Both the position numbers and the translations under genes were made by a program. Positions 8,635-15,023 of a stretch of DNA of 60,075 nt are shown here, in pieces; position 1 is the stretch's first letter, and every line of letters begins with the position of its first letter. The notes below the pieces were generated by a model. The model was not told the DNA's origin. It saw only the letters and a list, made by a program, of their open reading frames with translations, and ran no database searches. Location: the IMG/VR virus record IMGVR_UViG_3300009508_000005, positions 1 through 60,075 of that record; one strand, 5' to 3'. Origin of the DNA: a virus (taxonomy: Duplodnaviria > Caudoviricetes).

Positions 8635-9198
8635 TTACTCGCCGAAATAAAACTGCTGGGCGTAGGTCAAAAGCGCGGCGTTGTCGCTGCCGGTGGTCGG
8701 GTACTCGGTCAGGCCGGTGCCCCAGTCGCTGTATTCCAGCCATACGCGGGTCGGTGTGCCTTCGTCCAGTTCTCCGACAAGCTGACAGTGCGGGCCACCA
8801 GTGCATAGCAGAATCTTAAATTCTTCGGCCTCCAGGGTTTCCCCCTGTGACTGCCAAGCGCTGCGCACTTCGACGGATAGCGCGTCATCCTGGATAACCT
8901 GCGCGGCTTCGTCCTGGTCGCGGCACTCGCCCGCGGTGGCTTCCAGCTCGGCCAGTTCGTCGTATTCCTCGCTGGTCATTGCGTGCTGGTGGCGTGCCCA
9001 GCTATCGAAGTCTACCCCATCGTTTTCCGGTATATCGTTAAAGTCCTCGCGTAGTTCTTCGCGGGCGTCGCGTAGTTCTTCGAGGCGGTCATAGTCGCAT
9101 TCCAAGGCCGCGACCATTGCGCAGACGCTGTTAATCTGGGCGCGGGCCTGGCCACGTGCGCTGTTTTCGTCTTCGTGGTTTTGAGTGGTGGTGTTCAT
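8635..9198 (-). CDS. Acidic hypothetical phage protein
   Basis: LSVEVRS.W...EFKILLCTGGP motif; CCGGAG leader. Confidence 0.7.
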   Translation of the reverse strand: MNTTTQNHEDENSARGQARAQINSVCAMVAALECDYDRLEELRDAREELREDFNDIPENDGVDFDSWARHQHAMTSEEYDELAELEATAGECRDQDEAAQVIQDDALSVEVRSAWQSQGETLEAEEFKILLCTGGPHCQLVGELDEGTPTRVWLEYSDWGTGLTEYPTTGSDNAALLTYAQQFYFGE

Positions 9199-9202
9199 GG
9201 TT

Positions 9203-9394
9203 TTAAGCTCCGGTGTTGATCGGCGTTATGGTGCCGGTTTTCAGGTTCAGACTGCGGCCCATCAGGCGGCATTCTGTTTTTGCGTCTTTGCCGGTAATCT
9301 CGCCGGTCTTGTACATTTCATATTGACTGCGGCAATACTCGGCCAGGTTGGCGTTGTCGGCGCCGTGGTTGTTGGTGTAGTTATATCCGTTCAT
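9203..9394 (-). CDS. Hypothetical protein
   Basis: MNGYNY start overlapping upstream stop. Confidence 0.5.
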   Translation of the reverse strand: MNGYNYTNNHGADNANLAEYCRSQYEMYKTGEITGKDAKTECRLMGRSLNLKTGTITPINTGA

Positions 9395-9633
9395 ATGGCG
9401 CGCTCGGTGTTGTTGAGGCTGATACGGGCAAAAACCTGATAAGTTGTGTGCTCGCTGCGATACTGGTTCATATACTCGCGGCTGGCGGTGGCGTTGCCGC
9501 ATGCCAGGGCCTGGCGGGTCAGGCGTAGCAGATCCTGCTGGTGTTTGATGCTGTCACGCATGGCCTGGGCGCGCTGTTCCTGGGTCCAGCGTGCGGCGGT
9601 GATTACTGGGGTATAGCGTAGGGGCTGGTTCAT
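9391..9633 (-). CDS. Hypothetical protein
   Basis: ORF in operon. Confidence 0.55.
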   Translation of the reverse strand: MNQPLRYTPVITAARWTQEQRAQAMRDSIKHQQDLLRLTRQALACGNATASREYMNQYRSEHTTYQVFARISLNNTERAI

Positions 9634-9647
9634 TGGATAGGTTCCTA

Positions 9648-9854
9648 TTAGACTATTTTAATACTGTTGCGGTTCGCGCCGTATCGGCGTTCGCAATAGT
9701 CTCGCAGCTCTTTAGCGTTCTGGCGGCTCCATGTGTCGCCGTCTCGGTTGTTTCCTACGTTGAAACGGTCGCCTTTGTTCGGTCCGGTTTTAATAGTGCA
9801 GCGGAAGTGGTAGTTGCTGTTTCCTGCCCAACATGCCTCGACTAATACGCGCAT
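9648..9854 (-). CDS. Hypothetical protein
   Basis: GGAGG SD. Confidence 0.55.
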   Translation of the reverse strand: MRVLVEACWAGNSNYHFRCTIKTGPNKGDRFNVGNNRDGDTWSRQNAKELRDYCERRYGANRNSIKIV

Positions 9855-9857
9855 AGT

Positions 9858-10043
9858 TCAAGCCTCCAATGTGTGGCCGTTATAAACGGCGAATGATTTG
9901 GGGTTGTTGCGGGCATACACTGCGGCCTTGGCGCGGATCTCTGCGAGTCTGTGCGCGTCTTGCAGCGCTAAGCTGTGCAGTGTGATGCGCGGGGCGCGAT
10001 TGGCGGCGCGGTTCAATATGTTGCGATAACTTACTGTGTTCAT
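9858..10043 (-). CDS. Hypothetical protein
   Basis: MNTVSY start after CCCGGAG leader. Confidence 0.55.
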   Translation of the reverse strand: MNTVSYRNILNRAANRAPRITLHSLALQDAHRLAEIRAKAAVYARNNPKSFAVYNGHTLEA

Positions 10044-10059
10044 TGGGCGCTGCTCCGGG

Positions 10060-10428
10060 CTAGATTTCAGCAAATACAAAATAGGCGTAGACGGATTCCG
10101 CGTCGTCTTCTTCCTGGGGCTCCAGGTCTCGGAAAAATGACCGCTGCCCCTTCTGGTTCGGTTTCATCCGGTTTATCGCCGCGTATGCTGCTCGTGTCGC
10201 TTGGTCGGCGGCGCGCTCTTCGTCTGGATTCACCATATCGGCGGCCAGTAGTCGCGCGGTGTCGCAGCTCCCCATCACTGCGCCTTCCGCTAGCTCGCTG
10301 CGAATCGCGCTTTTTATCTCTGACAGCTTTATGCCTGGGTAAACCGCTATTTGTACGTGTGGCATGTGGTGGCCTCCCCAGTAGCATGAAAGGCACGTGT
10401 CCACGTGGTTCAGTTCTAGTTTAATCAT
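10060..10428 (-). CDS. Hypothetical protein
   Basis: CCCGGAG leader; DTCL.CYW.GHH motif. Confidence 0.6.
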   Translation of the reverse strand: MIKLELNHVDTCLSCYWGGHHMPHVQIAVYPGIKLSEIKSAIRSELAEGAVMGSCDTARLLAADMVNPDEERAADQATRAAYAAINRMKPNQKGQRSFFRDLEPQEEDDAESVYAYFVFAEI

Positions 10429-10443
10429 GGCGTTGGCTCCGGG

Positions 10444-11151
10444 TTACAAAACTTGGTTTAGGTAGCGGCCCCACTGGTCGCCCATTGCTGCGGCGATACC
10501 GGGGAATGTGGCGGACCTTTCTAGCCATCGGCTGGCTGACGGGCCTAGACGGTTCTGCCCGCTGTCGGTTTGATTCGCCCATCGTTTTGCCTGCTTGCCG
10601 GTCGCGGTGGTAACTATGCGCGGATTAACCCATTCGCCCTGTGGCGGAACAACGAGCGGCGGCAATCCTTTCATCCATAGCCCGGTGCCCTTGCTGGCGT
10701 CGTCGCCAAACATATACGGGTGTATGACCTGCGACGGCGGGCACACGTTGCGGTTTAGCGTTGAGGGCGCGGGGTTCTCGATGCCTAGCAGAATATCCAG
10801 ATCCAGCAAACGCTGGAAATTCTCGAAAGCCTCGCGCTGCGCGGCCCTGCGTGCTGCACCCGTCAGTGTTCCGGGCTTGACGCGCTGATGATACCCCTTG
10901 CCGGGATAGCGTGCGAAGTCTGGGTCTTTGAGCGCCCACACCGACGCGACATTCAAAAAGGTGCACATAGGGTGGAACACGCCCGCATCCCACTTGCGCA
11001 GGGCCAAGGCGTCCCATACATCCATTTGCAAATGTTTGTCGGACGCGCCGCGAGGTGGCAGCAGGTCGCAAGTCCACACGTCGTGCCCTTGGCGCTCGAA
11101 CGCCTCGCGGGTCAGTTGGCAGGCTGAGTAGCCTATGATTACGCTGGCCAT
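10444..11151 (-). CDS. Short phage-type DNA (cytosine-5) methyltransferase-like protein
   Basis: REAF..GHDVWTCDLLP, WD..VFHPMC (motif IV-like), IENP (motif VI), HPY.FGD..SK.T.LW, RS.TFPGIA.AM..QW. Confidence 0.7.
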   Translation of the reverse strand: MASVIIGYSACQLTREAFERQGHDVWTCDLLPPRGASDKHLQMDVWDALALRKWDAGVFHPMCTFLNVASVWALKDPDFARYPGKGYHQRVKPGTLTGAARRAAQREAFENFQRLLDLDILLGIENPAPSTLNRNVCPPSQVIHPYMFGDDASKGTGLWMKGLPPLVVPPQGEWVNPRIVTTATGKQAKRWANQTDSGQNRLGPSASRWLERSATFPGIAAAMGDQWGRYLNQVL

Positions 11152-11366
11152 GATTCAACACCCATATCGTTTAGGAACGGGATCACTTGGTGGAACTCCA
11201 TGTACTCGGTCAGCGGGGTGATGACTATTTTAGTCCGCTTACCTACGCGCACTTCGTCCGCGCGCACAATCTGTATTTTACCCTGTTTCACGGGTACGCC
11301 GAGGTTGAACCCCAGACGGGTCTGGGCGGCGCGGACGGCGGCTTGTAGTGCGGCTATGTTGCTCAT
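11139..11366 (-). CDS. Hypothetical protein
   Basis: CCCGGAG leader. Confidence 0.6.
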   Translation of the reverse strand: MSNIAALQAAVRAAQTRLGFNLGVPVKQGKIQIVRADEVRVGKRTKIVITPLTEYMEFHQVIPFLNDMGVESWPA

Positions 11367-11398
11367 GCTGTGCGGCTCCGGGTATTAGGTAAAGCCGC

Positions 11399-11545
11399 TT
11401 ACGCGGCTATGATGCTGATTTTACGTGTAACGAACGCGCCGTTCTTTACTACGCGGTAAAATGATGAATACACGCTGAATACCAGCTGGTCCTGGTTGGC
11501 CTGTGATGCAGCTACTGCGCGAACTATTGAACTGTCGATAATCAT
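11399..11545 (-). CDS. Small hypothetical protein (48 aa), first gene of accessory operon
   Basis: MIIDSSIVRAV...; CCCGGAG leader; just downstream of promoter. Confidence 0.5.
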   Translation of the reverse strand: MIIDSSIVRAVAASQANQDQLVFSVYSSFYRVVKNGAFVTRKISIIAA

Positions 11546-11590
11546 GGCGGTGGCTCCGGGTGCTGTTTGTTTATGTAATCTACAAAACGA

Positions 11591-11619
11591 ATAATAGCAT
11601 GTAATGACGTCATTGCGAC
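11591..11619 (-). promoter_or_regulatory. Extended -10 promoter (TGcTATTAT) with palindromic operator AATGACGTCATT in spacer
   Basis: Extended -10 at 11591-11599; 12-bp perfect palindrome at 11603-11614. Confidence 0.55.
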
Positions 11620-11660
11620 GCCGTGGTTAGATCGTTTTAATCTAGGCCACGGCGCTGTTA

Positions 11661-12140
11661 TTACTTGCTGCGCATCTGCTCCAGCAATGCATCATTGTGA
11701 GCTTTAGCCTCCGCTGCTAGACGGTCGAACTCGTCGGGCTGCGCTGCCTGGGCGAAAACGTCGGCGGCTGTAGCTGGTTGCGGATCCGCTGCGGGCTGCG
11801 CGGCTGGCGTAGGTGCGAAGGTCATCGGTGTGGGCTGCTGCGGTGCGGTCCAGTTCGCCAGCTGCTCTGGTGTTGGTCGTGGCGAGTTATCCGCCAGTGG
11901 TCTGAGTGTGGTGGGCCAGCGTTGCAGATATGCGGTGTACTGCTCCGGGGCGTGCGTGTGCAACCACTCTTTGAAAGGTAGCGTCAACAGCCCTGCGTCG
12001 GTCTCCATCTGGATTAGCTTATCCAGGGCTGTGCGTAGGGCTGACGACGTGTCGCGCGCTCCCAGGCTCTTTAAGTACGCTAGGTGGGACTGATTAACGC
12101 GACCCTGTAGTTGCACGTTGTTTGATGGGCGGTTCTTCAT
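11661..12140 (-). CDS. Putative ribbon-helix-helix DNA-binding protein with P/A/Q-rich tail
   Basis: MKNRPSNNVQLQGRV (beta) NQSHLAYLKSL (helix) TSSALRTALDKLI (helix); CCAGGAG SD. Confidence 0.5.
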   Translation of the reverse strand: MKNRPSNNVQLQGRVNQSHLAYLKSLGARDTSSALRTALDKLIQMETDAGLLTLPFKEWLHTHAPEQYTAYLQRWPTTLRPLADNSPRPTPEQLANWTAPQQPTPMTFAPTPAAQPAADPQPATAADVFAQAAQPDEFDRLAAEAKAHNDALLEQMRSK

Positions 12141-12187
12141 GGCGGTTACTCCTGGTTGTGTGAACTCGTAGATTAGCAGACAGTAGG

Positions 12188-12955
12188 GCAAAACGTATAC
12201 GCTTTTGATAAACACGTATACCGATTGGCTTAGATTTGAGGGAAAGCGTATACGTTTCCGCTAATTGGGACTAAAAGCGTATACCGATTGGCTTAATTTA
12301 AGGGTAAACGTATACCGATTGGCTTAATTTAAGGGTAAACGTATACGCTTTTAGCTCTATTTAGCCTTAATTAGCCTTATTTTAGTGTGAAAACGTATAC
12401 AGAAACCGTGCTCGCCTTAATACAATCTGCACAGTTTAATACAGTTGGGCCTCGTAAGTACTTGATTTCTAAGGTATTAGGCAGACTAGGCAGAAAAGCA
12501 ATGAAAAAACAGTATAGTATTCCCCAATGGGAAGGGAAACGTATACGTAATGGCTAGGTTAATTAGTGGGGAAGGGCGGGGCGCTACATCCCTTATCCCA
12601 CCTGGCTTAGCCCGCGCACGCGCGTAGTATGTTCTAAAAAAACGTTACTATTATTACTATTCTGCCTGAAAAGGCTCTAGCATGGGCATTTCAGCTAGGC
12701 AAAACACCAGCAGATCCTCGAAAAGTGTGTCATTACAACGAAAACGTATACGCTTTTGGCTGGAATAAGGCCCAAATAAGCCTAAATAAGCCTAAAAGCG
12801 TATACGTTTTGGCTTAAATAACGCTAATTAGGGCCAATCGGTATACGCTTTTAGTGGAAACGTATACGTTTTTAGCCAATCGGTATACGCTTTTAGTCTT
12901 ATTTAGCGGAAACGTATACGCTTTTAGTCCTATTTAGTGGAAACGTATACGTAAC
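12188..12955. repeat. Mirror-symmetric array of 15 GTATAC-core boxes; candidate replication origin, packaging or partition site
   Basis: Cores at 12195,12216,12248,12279,12310,12341,12395,12541,12746,12800,12841,12862,12883,12914,12945; left and right arms are imperfect inverted repeats. Confidence 0.9.
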
Positions 12956-12958
12956 CAG

Positions 12959-13025
12959 GCGCGCTGCACGTTAAATCCCACGACTAACTCCCCACGTTCC
13001 CCGCTACATTTAACGTGCAGCGCGC
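12959..13025. repeat. Perfect 18-bp inverted repeat (GCGCGCTGCACGTTAAAT) with 31-nt loop
   Basis: 12959-12976 is the reverse complement of 13008-13025. Confidence 0.85.
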
Positions 13026-13416
13026 TACGTACAGTGCTTAGCCGCTAAACCCCCCACATACAGCCCTTATTTAGCATAGCCCCCGACTGGCCAGCTTAGT
13101 GCTGCCCGCTAATTAAGCCCCCAGCTAACAGGGCGTCCTGCTCAGCGCTAAGCGCTTAACCCAAGCACCCAGCGGGAAGGCCCCCACCACCCAGGACAAC
13201 GGCCAGTCCACACCACCAGGAAGGCTTAACGTCCCTTGGGCTAGGAGACGGGGTGCTGGGGGGTGAGCGCGGCGCGGGGTATATGCTTATCCCTTCCACG
13301 TAGACCACAGCACCCAATTGCCGGAACTGACACACCTTAATACAGAATTTCCCCGCTAAAATTTCTAGGCTAATTTTTCCCAGCCCTAAATTTCCCTGTT
13401 AATTTTAGCCCCGCGC

Positions 13417-13445
13417 TTGACGACTTAATTCCCCAGGACTAATAT
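13417..13445 (+). promoter_or_regulatory. Sigma70-like promoter TTGACG-N17-TAATAT
   Basis: Near-consensus; preceded by A/T tracts; opens the rightward arm. Confidence 0.65.
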
Positions 13446-13546
13446 CGCTCCTGCCATCCTCTCCGGGTATGGAAGTAGGGGCTGTCGCTTGGCGGTGGCA
13501 GCCCCCGCGCTTAACTCGGAGAACGGATCAACCTGGAGACTAGCCA

Positions 13547-14032
13547 ATGATTATTAAGCACCAGCAACAGCCAACTAATAACTCCTGCGTTTCCGCCTGC
13601 ATCGCTATGCTGACAAATCAGTCCGCAGACAAAATTGCGGGTTTGTACAACGACAAGTACCACGCCCAAGAAATTACCGAGCGCCAGATACTCAGCATGG
13701 AGGGGATACCCTACTCTGAGTTCTACCCCATGAACCCACAAACAGTGCAGCTCCCTGGCGTGTACTGGGTGGAAGTCCCAAGCCTAAATCTGCCCGGTAT
13801 AAATCATGTGCTGCTCATGGAGGCCGACGGTGAGTTCTACTGGGTACACGACCCGCAGCACGGGACAGGTAAAAAATACTACTCAGCCCAAGACCCAGAG
13901 GATCCGCTTGGATTCAAGCTACTGTCCTGGACGACCCTCGCCCATGTGCCGCTCAGCTTCATAGCCGAGAAGTACGGCGTACCGGTACCCGAGGTAGTCT
14001 CGGCACCCCAACACACTGACGCAGGTAACTGA
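13547..14032 (+). CDS. Peptidase C39-like (papain-fold) protein
   Basis: QQPTNNSCVSACIAML (Q-x5-C), HVLL, HDP catalytic-triad pattern; GGAG SD. Confidence 0.7.
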   Translation: MIIKHQQQPTNNSCVSACIAMLTNQSADKIAGLYNDKYHAQEITERQILSMEGIPYSEFYPMNPQTVQLPGVYWVEVPSLNLPGINHVLLMEADGEFYWVHDPQHGTGKKYYSAQDPEDPLGFKLLSWTTLAHVPLSFIAEKYGVPVPEVVSAPQHTDAGN

Positions 14033-14034
14033 CC

Positions 14035-14364
14035 GTGGAAGAGCAAACGATAGAACTAGCAACCGTAGTCCAGAACTGGCACAAAAAACGCATGGACCAG
14101 CTGGAAGTCCTGCGCGGTGTGGAGGAAGGAACTGAACTCCGTTTCGACGCAGGGAGCACCGATGTGCCTCCGCTGTCGGGTCGGGAAGCAGATCTGTTCC
14201 GACTCGGGATGATCACCGGTATGGATATGTTCAAAGCGCTGCCGTTCACCTTGGAGCGCAATGAGACCGACGATGACGATGATCTCGACGATGATCTCGA
14301 CGATGACGATGATCTCGACGATGATCTCGACGATGACGCGCTTGAAGACGAAACGCACGGCTGA
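14035..14364 (+). CDS. Hypothetical protein with highly acidic repeat tail
   Basis: AGGT SD, GTG start; DDDDDLDDDL repeats. Confidence 0.7.
   Translation: MEEQTIELATVVQNWHKKRMDQLEVLRGVEEGTELRFDAGSTDVPPLSGREADLFRLGMITGMDMFKALPFTLERNETDDDDDLDDDLDDDDDLDDDLDDDALEDETHG
14269..14337 (+). repeat. Tandem GACGAT/GATCTC repeats encoding poly-Asp/Leu
   Basis: Directly visible. Confidence 0.85.
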
Positions 14365-14410
14365 TATGATCAGTCGCGGCTTGCCCTCCGACACGGACAT
14401 CAGGGGGTAG

Positions 14411-14730
14411 GCTGCATTGCAAAGACCCGACGGGGGACGCCCCGAAATGCGTGAGCGCGGCGGCTCAGCGACTCGCTCGAAAGGCAGGTATCGTGGGTTC
14501 GATTCCCACCACGCACCTCGGGTCTTTGCAATGCAGCACGCAGTGAAATTGGTTGCCGAGGGAAATCAGTAGTGAACGGCAAGGTGCGCACCAAGCCGCT
14601 AGCGAAACAAAGTACTTGGGGCAGGCTGCGCAACTACCGGACTCGACGCGAGTACGCCAATTGGGTCAATGAAAACAGTACCGGACCCGGTAGATGCCGC
14701 TGGATCATACCCAGCACCAATTTCACTGCG
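14411..14730 (+). ncRNA. Candidate structured ncRNA: tRNA-like module within 20-bp stem (14411-14537) plus second domain within 15-bp stem (14539-14730)
   Basis: Perfect inverted repeats 14411-14430/14518-14537 and 14539-14553/14716-14730; canonical T-arm GTGGG-TTCGATT-CCCAC; no credible ORF. Confidence 0.6.
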
Positions 14731-14775
14731 CCCCGCTAGAAAGGCACATGGGAATCCCCACCTACCCACCTCCGC

Positions 14776-14804
14776 TTGACCCCCTGTTGCAAACGCTCTA
14801 CTCT
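14776..14804 (+). promoter_or_regulatory. Sigma70-like promoter TTGACC-N17-TACTCT
   Basis: Hexamers with 17-bp spacer upstream of 14862 ORF. Confidence 0.5.
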
Positions 14805-14861
14805 TCGTGCTACACGGGCGACGCCCGCTGATCCCTGAAATCATGCACGAGGTACTACCCC

Positions 14862-14993
14862 ATGGCACTAGCGACCGATAAGTACACCCAGACCGAAACG
14901 CGTGAGAACCAAGCGCGCAAACTCAACAAGCTGCTGGAGTACATCGAGGCGCTGGAAGCGCGCATCAAAGTCCTCGAAGACGCGGCTGCTTAA
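14862..14993 (+). CDS. Small coiled-coil protein (43 aa)
   Basis: MALATDKYTQ...LEARIKVLEDAAA; GAGGT SD; below ORF-track cutoff. Confidence 0.65.
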   Translation: MALATDKYTQTETRENQARKLNKLLEYIEALEARIKVLEDAAA

Positions 14994-15023
14994 TACCCCC
15001 GAAACTGCTTACGAGGTGTAACT

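Noticed and set aside
12188-12955. CRISPR array
   Set aside because: Repeats are short, the spacers are themselves repetitive and of 21-54 bp period, arms are inverted, and no cas operon is present
14447-14518. Functional tRNA or amber suppressor
   Set aside because: Anticodon stem pairs poorly, no CTA anticodon, no CCA; kept only as tRNA-like
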